The position numbers and the translations under genes were made by a program. Below are positions 1-9,973 of a DNA stretch of 64,000 bases, piece after piece. The stretch comes from an uncultured delta proteobacterium (lineage in GTDB: Bacteria > Myxococcota_A > Polyangia > Haliangiales > Haliangiaceae). The DNA lies in contig CAWKDB010000011.1 in assembly GCA_963848295.1 (NCBI GenBank), forward strand, positions 576,001-640,000, in the 5' to 3' direction. Numbering within the stretch: position 1 is the stretch's first letter; each line of letters begins with the position of its first letter. The notes under the pieces were generated by a model. The model was not told the DNA's origin. It saw only the letters and a program-made list of their open reading frames with translations, and did not search any database.

Positions 1-3000
1 TTCGTGACGCCCGGCGTCTTCTCGGCGGCATCGAGCATCTGGGCCGCGCCGCTGTGGTCGCCGAGCAGCGCGCGTGCGCGAGCGACATCGAGCATGAGGT
101 TCGGGCTGGGGTGGTCGCCGACGTCCTTGAGCAGCGCCTCGAACGTGTCGCGGCCGGCCGCGGGGTCGCGATTCTCGAGCTGGAGGTTGCCGAGCGCGAC
201 GCGCGCTTCGAGCAGCCCTTGCTTCGCGGCCTCGATGTACAGCGCACGGGCCGCGCGAATGTCGCCGGTGTCGCGATCGATCGCGGCGAGCTCGAGCTGG
301 GCGCGTGCGACCGCGGCTCCGGGTGTGCCCTGGACCACCTTCGACAAGATGTCTTTGGCGGCGAGCCGATCCTTGATGTCGGCCGACGCTGCGAGCAGGG
401 CCGCGTAGACGGTCGCGAGCGCGGGGCTCGCACCGGCGGCGTTGTAGTGCGCTTCGATCCGCTTGCGTGCAGCGGCGACATCGCCACCCTGGCGCAGATC
501 GAGCCAGGCACGGCCGACGAGCGCGAGCTCGAGGTTCGGCAGCTTCTTCAACGCGGCATCGAAGTCTCCCCTCGCGCTATCGACGTCGTCGGTCGCGAGT
601 CGGGCTTCGCCGCGCACCGCTTGCCCGAGCGCGAGCTGCACCACGTCGGCTTGCTTCGACAACACGTCGAGCGCCTCGGTCGGCTTGCCCTGCTCGAGTG
701 CGACCTCGGCGAGCACGATCCGCGCGCGCCGGCTGGTCGGCCAGGTCGACACCGCGTACTCGGCACGCGACCGCGCCGCACCGAGCTCGCCGATCACGAA
801 CAGGGTCTCGATCGCGTCTTCGGCGAACCGCTGATCCTCGAGCCCGATCGCCGCGGCGGCGCGCAGATCCCCACGGGCCGCGTTGCCGTCGCCCCGCGCG
901 AAGTCGAGCCGAGACATCGCGAGCTGGCCGAACGCGACCTCCGCCGGCGACACGCCGAGCTTCTGATCGGCCGGAGGCTTCGCACCATCGGACAGCACCT
1001 TCTCGAGCTGCGCGCGCGTCTCGTTACCGATCGCGCTGCCCGGTCCGACCTTGCCGCTCGCGGCGAGCACCGACGCGCGCTCGATGACGAGCAACGGATT
1101 GTCGGCGCTGGTCGCGAGCGCCTTGTCGAGCACGCTGATCGCGTCGTCCCATTCGTTGCGCGTCGCGAGCGCGTGCGCGACCGCGACCGCATAGAGCGGC
1201 CGCCTGTCCTTGTCGAGCGCGGCGCGCAGCGAGGTCAACGCGCCGGCGAGATCGCCGTCGGCGGCCGAGGCTTCGCCGACCAAGTACAGCGCCGCTGGAT
1301 CTTGTGGTGCTTCGGTTTGCGCCGCGTCCGCCGCGACCTTCGCGGTCTTGACGTCGTTGTCCGACAACGCGACGAACGCCGAGGCCACGTCACCGTCGAG
1401 GCCGCCCCGCCCTGCCAGGTCGCTCGCGGCGGCCTTCGCTTCCGCCACGCCGTCGCCGAACGCGAACGCGATCGTCGCGCGAGCGCGGGCGAGCGCAGCG
1501 CGGTTCTCGATCGTCGGCGACGCGGCGACGATGCCAGCGAGGCTGTTGCGCGCTTGGACCCAGCCCGCCCACGTATCGGTGTGCGCGAGCTCGGCGGCAT
1601 GGTCGCGCGCGCTCGCGATGTCGCGCCTTAGCCGGACCGAGCGAATCTGAAAACCCGCGACGACGCCGCCGCCGATCACGACCACGCCGACGACGAGCCA
1701 CAGCACGATCGAGGCGGTCGACCGCGGTTTGCGAGCCGGTTTCGGTTCCTCGGCCTTCGGGCGGTCCTCGGGCAACACGGCGACTTGACCGCTGTCGCTC
1801 GGGGTCTCGGCGAGCAGGGCGAGCAGCGCCGGATCGAGCGCGTCGGGCTTCGCGGTCGGCTCGAGCGCTGCCGCGGCCGAGCGGGCGTTGGGCGCCAACA
1901 CCGTCTTCTGGGCCCAAGGCTGCGCGCCGGCTTGCGGTGGCATCGGCTGAGCCTGGGCGAGCTCGGTCGGACGCAGCGCGGCGTTGCCGGGCGGCCCGAT
2001 CGCGGTGAGCGGCAACGGTGGCGCAGGCGGCGGGAACGGCGGCGCGGGCAAGGGATACATCGGCGCCGGCGGCGGAAAGCCCGCGTGCGGTTGCGGCGGT
2101 GGCGGCAGCGCCGCGATCGTCGGCATCGCGGCGGCGATCGGGTGGCGCGACGGCGGAATGATCGGCTGTAGCGGCGACGGCATCGGCAGCTGCGATGGCG
2201 GCGGCAAGTGCGACGCGGGCAAGTGCGACGCGGGCAAGTGCGGCGCCGGCAGGTGCGGTGGCGGCATCGATGGGGGCTTCGTGCGCGGCTCGCCGAGCGG
2301 CCCAGCGGGCATGCCGACGGCGTTGCGCGCGGTCGTCACCGGCCCCGGCGGAGGCGGCTTCACGCCCGGCGCCGAGCCGAGCATCGTCTGGCGCATGAAC
2401 TTCTGGCGATCGTTGGTCTCGTCGATGTCGTTGCCCGCTGGTGGCTTCGCCGCGACCTTCGGTGACGCAGGTCCGGACCGGCCTCTGGCCACCGGCGGCG
2501 CGGCCACCTCGCCGAAGTCCTCATCGTCGACCTCGATGCCATCCGTCTCGGGGTCGACCTCGACCGTGCCGGACTTGTCGCCGGGCACCTCGGGCGATGG
2601 CGTGCGGTCCTTGCCCTTGGTTCTGCCCTTGCTCGTCGCCTTGGTCTTGAGCGAGGTCGCGCCGGTGAAGCTGTCCTCGTCGCCGCCCGCGATCCCGTGC
2701 TGCGGGTAGTTGACGGTCTTGCCCTCGCTGATCGGCGCCGGAGCTCGAACCTGCGCCGCCGGCATGCTCGCGCTGCCCTTGCCGGTACCGCCGCGTTGCG
2801 CCTCGGCGAACAGCTCGTTCAGCTTCGTGTCTGCGGGCGAGACCTGACGGGCGCGTTGCAGCGTCTCGAGGGCGGCGGCATAGTCGCCCTTGCGCAGCAA
2901 CGCCTCGCCCTTGAGCGACTGCGCCGGCACCGACGTCGGATCGATCTCGATCGCGACCCGGGTCTCCGCGAGCACCTCGTCGTAGCGCTTGAGCGCGAGC

Positions 3001-3140
3001 AGCGCCGACGCGAGGACGACACGGCCCTCCACCGTCGCGGGCTGACCGAGCAAGCCCAGCCGGCAGACCTTGACGGCCTCCTGATACTGCCCGGCGACGA
3101 CGAGCGCCTGGCCGCGGCTGACGAAGTCGCTCTGGGCCAC
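1..3140 (-). CDS. Large TPR-repeat membrane protein (N-terminal TPRs, Pro-rich linker, one TM helix, further TPR-like helices); runs off the window edge
   Basis: Manual translation from GTG 3140: MAQSDFVSRGQALVVAGQYQEAVKVCRLGLL...KGEALLRKGDYAAALETLQRA. Same frame still coding at window start. Hydrophobic stretch near 1660-1715. Absent from the ORF track because it is truncated. Confidence 0.75.
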   Translation of the reverse strand, partial: MAQSDFVSRGQALVVAGQYQEAVKVCRLGLLGQPATVEGRVVLASALLALKRYDEVLAETRVAIEIDPTSVPAQSLKGEALLRKGDYAAALETLQRARQVSPADTKLNELFAEAQRGGTGKGSASMPAAQVRAPAPISEGKTVNYPQHGIAGGDEDSFTGATSLKTKATSKGRTKGKDRTPSPEVPGDKSGTVEVDPETDGIEVDDEDFGEVAAPPVARGRSGPASPKVAAKPPAGNDIDETNDRQKFMRQTMLGSAPGVKPPPPGPVTTARNAVGMPAGPLGEPRTKPPSMPPPHLPAPHLPASHLPASHLPPPSQLPMPSPLQPIIPPSRHPIAAAMPTIAALPPPPQPHAGFPPPAPMYPLPAPPFPPPAPPLPLTAIGPPGNAALRPTELAQAQPMPPQAGAQPWAQKTVLAPNARSAAAALEPTAKPDALDPALLALLAETPSDSGQVAVLPEDRPKAEEPKPARKPRSTASIVLWLVVGVVVIGGGVVAGFQIRSVRLRRDIASARDHAAELAHTDTWAGWVQARNSLAGIVAASPTIENRAALARARATIAFAFGDGVAEAKAAASDLAGRGGLDGDVASAFVALSDNDVKTAKVAADAAQTEAPQDPAALYLVGEASAADGDLAGALTSLRAALDKDRRPLYAVAVAHALATRNEWDDAISVLDKALATSADNPLLVIERASVLAASGKVGPGSAIGNETRAQLEKVLSDGAKPPADQKLGVSPAEVAFGQLAMSRLDFARGDGNAARGDLRAAAAIGLEDQRFAEDAIETLFVIGELGAARSRAEYAVSTWPTSRRARIVLAEVALEQGKPTEALDVLSKQADVVQLALGQAVRGEARLATDDVDSARGDFDAALKKLPNLELALVGRAWLDLRQGGDVAAARKRIEAHYNAAGASPALATVYAALLAASADIKDRLAAKDILSKVVQGTPGAAVARAQLELAAIDRDTGDIRAARALYIEAAKQGLLEARVALGNLQLENRDPAAGRDTFEALLKDVGDHPSPNLMLDVARARALLGDHSGAAQMLDAAEKTPGVT
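2203..2258. repeat. 15-bp coding tandem repeat (GGCAAGTGCGACGCG, ~3.7 copies) encoding HLPAS/HLPAP in the Pro-rich linker
   Basis: Read directly from sequence. Confidence 0.8.
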
Positions 3141-3152
3141 CTGGCGGTAATT

Positions 3153-3650
3153 CTACCGCGTTTGGTCCGCTTTCGCGTGCTCGGCAACACCCAGCCGGTC
3201 GGTGGGTGTCGGCGCCGGAACGGCCGGTGGGTCCTTCATCATCGGCTCGGACAGCCCGGGCATCTCGGGCCCGCGCAGGCGCGCCTCATCGACGAGGAAC
3301 CACGACTTACCGTGGCGCTCCCAGGTCTGCACCGCCTGGGTCTCGTGCAACGTCCCCTCGGATTCCTTGTACCAGCTGAGCTTGACCTGGACCTTCGCCT
3401 CGCGGTCGCCGTGGGGGTCGATCTTGACGATGTCGGCCTGAGTGATCTTGAGATCGTGCGCTCGCTGATCCCATTCGTCGACCGCGGCGGCGCGCTCCTT
3501 GGCCGGCAAGTGATTCGCGGCGACCGCGAACCGCTCCCACATGATGTCCTCGTGAAACAGCCGGACGGTCTCGTCGAGCGGTTCGGACGTCATCTGGGAC
3601 GCGCCGCATGCGGCGGCAAGCACGAGAGCGAGCAATAGCGACTTCGTCAT
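3153..3650 (-). CDS. Hypothetical lipoprotein
   Basis: Signal peptide with lipobox LAAAC; start overlaps the upstream flippase stop. Confidence 0.7.
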   Translation of the reverse strand: MTKSLLLALVLAAACGASQMTSEPLDETVRLFHEDIMWERFAVAANHLPAKERAAAVDEWDQRAHDLKITQADIVKIDPHGDREAKVQVKLSWYKESEGTLHETQAVQTWERHGKSWFLVDEARLRGPEMPGLSEPMMKDPPAVPAPTPTDRLGVAEHAKADQTR

Positions 3651-5260
3651 GCGGCTTCACCTCCAGGTGCGCGCCTGCGGCGCACGGCTTTGATCGCTTC
3701 GAGATCGCGCCTATCGAGCTCGCGGCTCGCGACCAACAGGACCAGGAACGTGCCGGCGATCAGCGCACCAGCGACGAGCGTCATCAGCTTGCCGTGCAAC
3801 GGCAACGCGCGCCCGACGACGTAGGCGATCGCCGCGGCGCCCGCGATCCGAGCGACGCTGAGCACCGGCAGGGTCGCGCGGAACGCACGACGCAGTTGCC
3901 AGCCCGAGATCAGCGCCCCGACCGTCATCGCGGCCGAGGTCACGGACGCGACGACGAGCAACAGGTCGGCGGAGCCGGCGTACCTCGTGATCGCGATGTA
4001 GTTGCCGACGATCGCGAGCGCGAGGGTGATCGCGGCGGACGTGATCGCGGCCCGCGACTGCCCGGCGCCGTTGAGGATCGTGCCGGCGATCGCGAACATC
4101 GCGAACGCGACGTTGCCGAGTGCGAGCACGCCGAGCGCCGGTCCACCGACCGCGGCAAAGTCGGCCTGGTAGAGCACGCCCATCACGTCGGCGGGCTTCG
4201 CGATCATGACGACCGCGATCGCCATCGCGAACATCAGCGAGTAGCGCAGCGTGACCTCGATGTACTTCTTGGTCGTGTCTTTCTCGTCGGTGAACGTCGA
4301 TCGCGAGACGAGCGGGAACACGACGAACGTCGCGGCGATGATCGCCTGGTACGACACGCGCGCGAGGTTCTGGACCGCGGAGTAGTAACCGACCTGAACG
4401 TCGGCGAGCGTGCTCGGCTCGGCGTGATATCCGGTCACGCCCGGCGCCCAGGGCAGGACGTGAGCGACCGCGGCCGACATCGCATCGGCGTGCGCGGCAT
4501 AGTGCTCGGTCGTCAGCCGGCCGAGCAAGATCGTGTCGACGAACATCAGGCCGTTGAACAGCAACAGGTAGACCGCGACGCCGCCGAAGAACTTCACCAT
4601 CGGGGCGACCGGGAGCCGCTCACCGCCGGTGCGCGGCCAGCCGACCCACAAGATCGACACCGAGAACACGAGCAAGCTCGCCGCGACCCAGCCACTGATC
4701 ACGCCGACGACGCCGAGTCCGGCCATCGCGGTGCCGAGCAAGCCGATCACGCGCAGCGTCGCCGAGGTGATGTCGAGCCCGGCCTGCTTGTGGAACGCGT
4801 GCGTGCCGTTCGCGGTGCCGATGAACACCGCGTAGAACGAGTAGATGCCGAGGATGCAACCCGCGAGCATCAACGGCGCGGTCTTGCTCGCGTCTTCGAG
4901 CACGTAGCGCGCGACCAGCGGAGCGGCCGCGATGAACGCGATCGCGATCGGCAGACCGATGCGGAGGTGCATGCGCAGACCGGCGGCCTGGACGAGCCGC
5001 GCTTTGTCCGGCTCTTGTGCCGAGTAGCGCGACACCGACTGGATCGTGCCGGTGACCGCGACGTTGTTGAACCACGACACGATGTAGTTGACGAGCGAGA
5101 ACCGGCCGAACTCGGCGCGACTCAGGATCGCGGGCAAGCGGAACTGCACGGCCATGCCCGCGAATAGGAAGTAGAACTTCGCGAACGCGATGTAGAGGAC
5201 GCCGCGACCCGCCGTCGCCTTGCCGCGCTGGTTCGCTTCGGTGTTCGCCTCGTCAGGCAT
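3647..5260 (-). CDS. MATE-superfamily oligosaccharide/polysaccharide flippase (Wzx/SpoVB-like)
   Basis: Many TM helices over 537 aa; N-terminal GRGVLYIAFAK..RLPAILSRAEFG pattern. Confidence 0.75.
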   Translation of the reverse strand: MPDEANTEANQRGKATAGRGVLYIAFAKFYFLFAGMAVQFRLPAILSRAEFGRFSLVNYIVSWFNNVAVTGTIQSVSRYSAQEPDKARLVQAAGLRMHLRIGLPIAIAFIAAAPLVARYVLEDASKTAPLMLAGCILGIYSFYAVFIGTANGTHAFHKQAGLDITSATLRVIGLLGTAMAGLGVVGVISGWVAASLLVFSVSILWVGWPRTGGERLPVAPMVKFFGGVAVYLLLFNGLMFVDTILLGRLTTEHYAAHADAMSAAVAHVLPWAPGVTGYHAEPSTLADVQVGYYSAVQNLARVSYQAIIAATFVVFPLVSRSTFTDEKDTTKKYIEVTLRYSLMFAMAIAVVMIAKPADVMGVLYQADFAAVGGPALGVLALGNVAFAMFAIAGTILNGAGQSRAAITSAAITLALAIVGNYIAITRYAGSADLLLVVASVTSAAMTVGALISGWQLRRAFRATLPVLSVARIAGAAAIAYVVGRALPLHGKLMTLVAGALIAGTFLVLLVASRELDRRDLEAIKAVRRRRAPGGEAA

Positions 5261-5309
5261 CCGGTGGGTAACTAGCGCGTATCACGCGCGATCCGACCGG
5301 GCCACAAAA

Positions 5310-5750
5310 CTACTTCGCTAAGTGGTTCTCGAACAACGGCGCGATGCACGCGGTGAACGCGGCGCAATCGGTCTTCGCGAGGCAGCTCGCCGCGGTCTCG
5401 GCATCGCCGGGCAGCCCGGGGTTCTGCGCGCAGGTCCGGGCGATCGATGCGTCCGTCGAGTCGTTCGCCCACTCGGCCTTGGCCTGCGCGATCACGCCGT
5501 CGCGATCCGCTTTCACCGCCTCGGCGATGCCGGCCGGGTGGTCGAGCTTGGCGCGCAGATCGACGAGCATCGGGATGTACTGGTCGGTGCACGTGCGGGC
5601 GCGGACGAGCACGTCGGTGCACGGCTGCACGTGTGACGCGGCCGAGGCGGCGACCGGCTTTTGCGATGAAGGCGAGGCCTGCGCGTCTTGCGAGGCGCAG
5701 CCGGCGACCGCGTTTGCGAGGACGACGACGAGGACGATGGCGCGATACAT
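5310..5750 (-). CDS. Cys-rich hypothetical lipoprotein
   Basis: Lipobox VAGC, multiple Cys, AAGGAG RBS upstream. Confidence 0.7.
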   Translation of the reverse strand: MYRAIVLVVVLANAVAGCASQDAQASPSSQKPVAASAASHVQPCTDVLVRARTCTDQYIPMLVDLRAKLDHPAGIAEAVKADRDGVIAQAKAEWANDSTDASIARTCAQNPGLPGDAETAASCLAKTDCAAFTACIAPLFENHLAK

Positions 5751-5864
5751 GGGAGCTCCTTGGTGGAAGACGAGGAAGGACCTGACGATCAGAAAACAAG
5801 CAACAGGGAGCCGAGAATCCGAACGGATTTCGGATCGGATCGGCGAATAGACCTCGGCGCGTGA

Positions 5865-6212
5865 CTAGGTCTGCGGCATGCGGCGGACGCCGACCGCGAC
5901 AAGGATCCACGACACGGCGGCGATCGAGCCGGCGAGGATCGCCGGGGTCAGGGACTCGGCGAGGCCGGCCAAGAACGTCTGCGCGAGCTGCGGCGGCGCA
6001 TCGTCGCGAGAGACGAAAGAGCAGACCGTGGCGATGTCCGAGGCGATGCCGGACAGCGCGGCGAACGTCAGCGCGACGGTGAGCGCGCGGATCAACGACA
6101 GGCCACGCGGGTCGGCGTTGCGGGCGAACTTGACGCTCGTGAACAGCATCGGGATGCCGATCGCGAGTAGCAAGAACATCACGTAGCCGCCGGCGAGGAA
6201 GAAACGAACCAT
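5865..6212 (-). CDS. Small 3-TM membrane protein (MotA/TolQ/ExbB-like fragment)
   Basis: MVRFFLAGGYVMFLLL... with three hydrophobic segments; ATG 6212 follows an ECF-like promoter. Confidence 0.6.
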   Translation of the reverse strand: MVRFFLAGGYVMFLLLAIGIPMLFTSVKFARNADPRGLSLIRALTVALTFAALSGIASDIATVCSFVSRDDAPPQLAQTFLAGLAESLTPAILAGSIAAVSWILVAVGVRRMPQT

Positions 6213-6217
6213 GGAGA

Positions 6218-6246
6218 GGTCAACGCGACCGATCGTTTGGCGTGAC
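6218..6246 (-). promoter_or_regulatory. ECF-type promoter GTCACG-N14-GCGTTGACC, 5 nt before ATG 6212
   Basis: Identical motif and spacing to the promoter of the divergent ECF sigma gene. Confidence 0.7.
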
Positions 6247-6249
6247 AGA

Positions 6250-6435
6250 GAAATTGATGAATTGATCAACAGGCAGCAGGCAACAGGCAGTTTCGGAGGT
6301 TTGGACGCGGGCGACAGGATGCAGCGTGTCACCCATGTACCCGGTTTGAAGTGTCACCCATGTGCCCGGTCTGCACGCGCCCGTGCCTCTGGCATTGCCC
6401 GTTGCCTGTTGCCTGTTGATCAATTGATCAATTTC
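6250..6435. repeat. 42-bp imperfect inverted repeat (6250-6291 / 6394-6435), MITE/REPIN-like
   Basis: Arms GAAATTGATGAATTGATCAACAGGCAGCAGGCAACAGGCAGT and its reverse complement differ at 4 positions. Confidence 0.85.
6326..6376. mobile_element. Isolated IS481-family-like terminal segment (two 25-bp direct repeats), no transposase
   Basis: GTGTCACCCATGTACCCGGTTTGAA / GTGTCACCCATGTGCCCGGTCTGCA resemble the subterminal repeats of IS481 ends (from recall, not searched). Confidence 0.55.
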
Positions 6436-6464
6436 CGAAATCCGGCTCTCCCCGAAAAAGTTGC

Positions 6465-6493
6465 GTCACGAGCGCCCTGGGTGTGCGTTGACC
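6465..6493 (+). promoter_or_regulatory. ECF-type autoregulatory promoter GTCACG-N14-GCGTTGACC, 4 nt before GTG 6498
   Basis: -35 GTCAC / -10 CGTT with a 16-nt spacer; twin copy on the opposite strand. Confidence 0.7.
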
Positions 6494-6497
6494 GTGC

Positions 6498-7070
6498 GTG
6501 GACGCGCCCGATGAACGGAGCTGGGTCGACGGCTTGCGCCGTGGCGATCCCGCGGCGTTCGATGCGGTGTTCGCCGCGTATCGCCGCCGGCTGTTCGGCT
6601 ATCTCGTGCGGATGGCGAGGCAGCGAGACGTCGCCGAAGATCTGCTTCAAGATACCTTCGTGCAACTCGCGCAACACGCGACCCGGCTCGCCGCCGACAC
6701 GACGCTCGGCGCCTGGCTGTTCACCGTCGCGCACCGCAAGTTCGTGAGCTGGACCCGCGCGCACCAGGTCCGCGCCCAGCTCGCCGGCGATCTACCGATC
6801 GGCGCACAGCCTGCGACCACCGAGCGCTCGCCGCTCGAGGCGATCACCGACTCCGAAACACAGCTCGCCCTCGAGCGCGCTTTCGCGGCGTTGTCGCCGG
6901 CGTATCGCGAGGTCGCCCTGCTCGTCGGCGTCGAAGGGTTAGCGCCGGCACAGGTCGCCGTGATCCTCGGGCTGCGCCCGGATGCGGTCCGGCAACGGCT
7001 CGCCCGCGCTCGCGCCGAGCTCGCGCAGGCGCTCGGCGAGCACGCGCCCGCAGCGTGGAGGTCGGCATGA
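6498..7070 (+). CDS. ECF RNA polymerase sigma factor
   Basis: AEDLLQDTF region 2, AWLFTVA, region 4 LSPAYREVALL...VRQRLARAR. Confidence 0.92.
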   Translation: MDAPDERSWVDGLRRGDPAAFDAVFAAYRRRLFGYLVRMARQRDVAEDLLQDTFVQLAQHATRLAADTTLGAWLFTVAHRKFVSWTRAHQVRAQLAGDLPIGAQPATTERSPLEAITDSETQLALERAFAALSPAYREVALLVGVEGLAPAQVAVILGLRPDAVRQRLARARAELAQALGEHAPAAWRSA

Positions 7071-7309
7071 GCTCGACAAAAGACGGCGACCACAACGACA
7101 GCGACGCCGCCGGGCTCGCCGACGCCGCGCGGCAACTGCCCGCGATCGACCTCGATGCCACGACCGCCGAGCGGATGGCGCATCGCGTCCGCCAAGACCT
7201 CGGGCGACGGCCGTCGCCGAAGCGGTACGTCGAGCCGATCGTCGTCGCGATCGTCGCGGCCAGCGCGCTCGTCTGGGCGGTGTACGAAGTCGTCCAGCGG
7301 CTGTCGTAA
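7067..7309 (+). CDS. Small single-TM putative anti-sigma factor
   Basis: ATGA overlap with the sigma stop; C-terminal TM helix. Confidence 0.6.
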   Translation: MSSTKDGDHNDSDAAGLADAARQLPAIDLDATTAERMAHRVRQDLGRRPSPKRYVEPIVVAIVAASALVWAVYEVVQRLS

Positions 7310-7370
7310 GCGGCAATCACTTCGCGCTGCCGGTGGACGTCGCGAGCGCCGTAGTAGACTCCACCGCTCG

Positions 7371-9953
7371 ATGTCGCGCGCGCTCCTGGTCGTCGCCCTG
7401 GTCGCGCTCGGCCAAGCCTCGGCGTCCGCGAGTTGCCCGGCGCAGCTACCGGCCAAGACCCTGCCGATCGCGCGTGGCTCGATCGTGGTCGACGGAGTGC
7501 TCGACGACGCGACGTGGGCAGACGCGTGCTTCGCCGAGGACTTCGAGCAGAAGCAGCCGGTCTACCGCGCGAAGCCGAGCCATCCGGTGAAGGTCGCGAT
7601 CGCGATCGCGGGCGACACGTTGTACGTCGGCGCGCGGATGTGGGCGGCGAGCCGCGCCGACATCGACGACGCGCTCACCCAACGCGACGACACGAGCCAG
7701 GCCGAGCGCTTCATCGTGTCGTTCGATCCGTCGAACACCAAGCGGCTTGCGTACAGCTTCGCGGTGACCGCGCGCGGCGTGCGCGCCGACTGGATCCACA
7801 CCGATGACAACGAGTACCAGCGCGACATGTCGTGGAACCCGGTGTGGATCGCGAAGGCGCGGATCCTCGACGACGGCTGGTCGGTCGAGATGGCAATCCC
7901 GATCTCGCAGCTCCGGCTGCCGCGCACGCCGGCGGCGAGCTGGGGCGTCGACTTCGATTGGTACATCCCGCATACCAACGAGGACGTATTCTGGCGCGCG
8001 GTCCCGCCCGATCGCACGGCGTGGGCGAGCTACTTCGGCGCGTTGACCGACCTGCCGCCGATCCATCCGGGGCTACGGCTCGAGCTCCTGCCCTACGTCG
8101 CGAGCCAGGTCGCGATCGACGAGTCGCCGACCGACCGGCTCGCGCATCGCATCGGGGCGGGCTTCGAGGCGGGCGTCGATCTCAAGCTTCAGCCGCTGCC
8201 CGGGCTCGCCGTCACCGCGACGCTCAACCCCGATTTCGGCCAGGTCGATGCCGACCCGGAGTTCGTCAACCTGACCGCGTACGAGGTGCGACTGCCGGAG
8301 CGTCGGCCGTTCTTCGTCGAGAACAACTCGCTGTTCGCGAACGCCGGTGGCAACTACTTCTACAGCCGGCGGATCGGCGGCTTGCCGCGCGGCGGCACCG
8401 AGCTCCCCGACGACGACGATCTGGCGTTGCCGCAGCAAGAGCGCATCCTCGGCGCGGTCGCGGCCGGCGGCTACGTCGCGCCGCATACGCAGATCGCCGT
8501 GCTGAGCGCGGTCACCGATCGCACGTCGGCGGATGCGATCGTCGCGGGCAAGCACACGACCGATCTGGTGTCGCCGCTGACCTCGTTCTCCGCGGCGCGG
8601 ATCGAGCAGCAGCTCGGCAACTCGGTGCTCGGCGCGACCGGCACGCTCGTCGAGCGCGCGCTCGGCACCACGAACCTCGGCTCGCTGTTGCCCGACGCCG
8701 CTGGCGTGATCGGCGTCGACGGCCGGATCCGCTCGAGCGATCGCACGTACGAGCTGCGGCCGTACGCCGGGCTCACCGGGATCTGGGGCAGCGCCGGCGC
8801 GATCACGACGGTCGAGGAGTCGTCGGCACATCTGTTCCAGCGCCCCGATCAGCCGCACGTCCACCTCGATCTCGACGCGCATCACATGTACGGCTGGCAC
8901 GCCGGGACACAGGCGACCAAGCGCCAGGGCATGTGGCAGGGCGGCGGCTTCGTCAACTTCGAGTCGCCGGGCTTCGATCTCAACGACCTCGGAGCGCTGC
9001 AGAGCGCCGATGACATCGACGCCGGAGCGAACATCGACCGTCTCGTCACGACGCCGACCGAGGATCTGTTCTCGTGGGACGTCGGGGGCGGTGCGAGCAC
9101 GTCGTGGAACTTCGGAGGGCTGCGCAACCCGGTCGATGTCAACGCCGAAGCCAACGCCACGCTCGCGAACTTCGACAGCGGTGGGGTCAACCTCGACGTC
9201 TATACGCCCGGCGGCTCGGACGACCTGACGCGCGGCGGCCCACGGATGGAGGTCGGTTGGGCGAGCGAGCTCGACCTCAGCGTGTCGACGCCCTATGGCC
9301 GCGCGCGCCAGCTGTCGGGCAGGATCGCGATCGACGTCAGCCCGACGCTGGTCCAGGGCGCGACCGGGTCGGCGACGTTCAACTGGCGCGCGGCCCCCGC
9401 GTTGCGATTCGACATCTCGCCGACCGTGACCGACATCGAGAATCATCGCCAATACGTCGACACCCTCACCGACGTCGGCGGCGGCGACCAGACGTTCGGT
9501 GCGCGCTACCTGTTCGGTCATCTCCACCGCGAGGAAGCGTCGCTCGTGCTGCGCGCGACGTGGTCGCTGTCGCCCGATCTCGTGTTCACGCTGTACGCGC
9601 AGCCGTTCGTGTCGGTCGGCAGCTACGACGAGCTCGGCGAGCTCGCCGCGCCGGGCACCGACGTCGTGCGCTGGTACCCGATGACGCAGCAGCTGTACGG
9701 GTTGCGCTTCGTCGACGACAGCGGCGCGCGATTCTCGGTCGCCGATCCGGACTACACCGTCGCATCGGTGCGATCGACCGCGGTGCTGCGCTGGGAGTTT
9801 CGTCCGGGCTCGACGCTCTACCTGGTGTGGCAGCAATCCCGCGGCGGTGCCGATCAGCCGATGCCGACGCCGTTCGCGCGCGCGTCGAGCGAGATCGTGA
9901 CGCAGCCGGCGATCCACACGCTCGCGGTCAAGCTGTCGTACTGGTTCGGGTAG
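7371..9953 (+). CDS. DUF5916 outer-membrane protein with N-terminal CBM9-like domain
   Basis: Signal peptide; VDGVLDDATW; NPDFGQVDAD; ERRPFFVE; YSRRIG; C-terminal KLSYWF. Confidence 0.85.
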   Translation: MSRALLVVALVALGQASASASCPAQLPAKTLPIARGSIVVDGVLDDATWADACFAEDFEQKQPVYRAKPSHPVKVAIAIAGDTLYVGARMWAASRADIDDALTQRDDTSQAERFIVSFDPSNTKRLAYSFAVTARGVRADWIHTDDNEYQRDMSWNPVWIAKARILDDGWSVEMAIPISQLRLPRTPAASWGVDFDWYIPHTNEDVFWRAVPPDRTAWASYFGALTDLPPIHPGLRLELLPYVASQVAIDESPTDRLAHRIGAGFEAGVDLKLQPLPGLAVTATLNPDFGQVDADPEFVNLTAYEVRLPERRPFFVENNSLFANAGGNYFYSRRIGGLPRGGTELPDDDDLALPQQERILGAVAAGGYVAPHTQIAVLSAVTDRTSADAIVAGKHTTDLVSPLTSFSAARIEQQLGNSVLGATGTLVERALGTTNLGSLLPDAAGVIGVDGRIRSSDRTYELRPYAGLTGIWGSAGAITTVEESSAHLFQRPDQPHVHLDLDAHHMYGWHAGTQATKRQGMWQGGGFVNFESPGFDLNDLGALQSADDIDAGANIDRLVTTPTEDLFSWDVGGGASTSWNFGGLRNPVDVNAEANATLANFDSGGVNLDVYTPGGSDDLTRGGPRMEVGWASELDLSVSTPYGRARQLSGRIAIDVSPTLVQGATGSATFNWRAAPALRFDISPTVTDIENHRQYVDTLTDVGGGDQTFGARYLFGHLHREEASLVLRATWSLSPDLVFTLYAQPFVSVGSYDELGELAAPGTDVVRWYPMTQQLYGLRFVDDSGARFSVADPDYTVASVRSTAVLRWEFRPGSTLYLVWQQSRGGADQPMPTPFARASSEIVTQPAIHTLAVKLSYWFG

Positions 9954-9973
9954 TCGGAACACGCCGGTGTGAT

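Noticed and set aside
5786..5840. Weak similarity to the 6250 repeat arm and a short hairpin
   Set aside because: Too short and degenerate to support a call
6326..6376. 25-bp direct repeats as a mini CRISPR array
   Set aside because: Repeats are adjacent with no spacers, only two copies, and no cas genes
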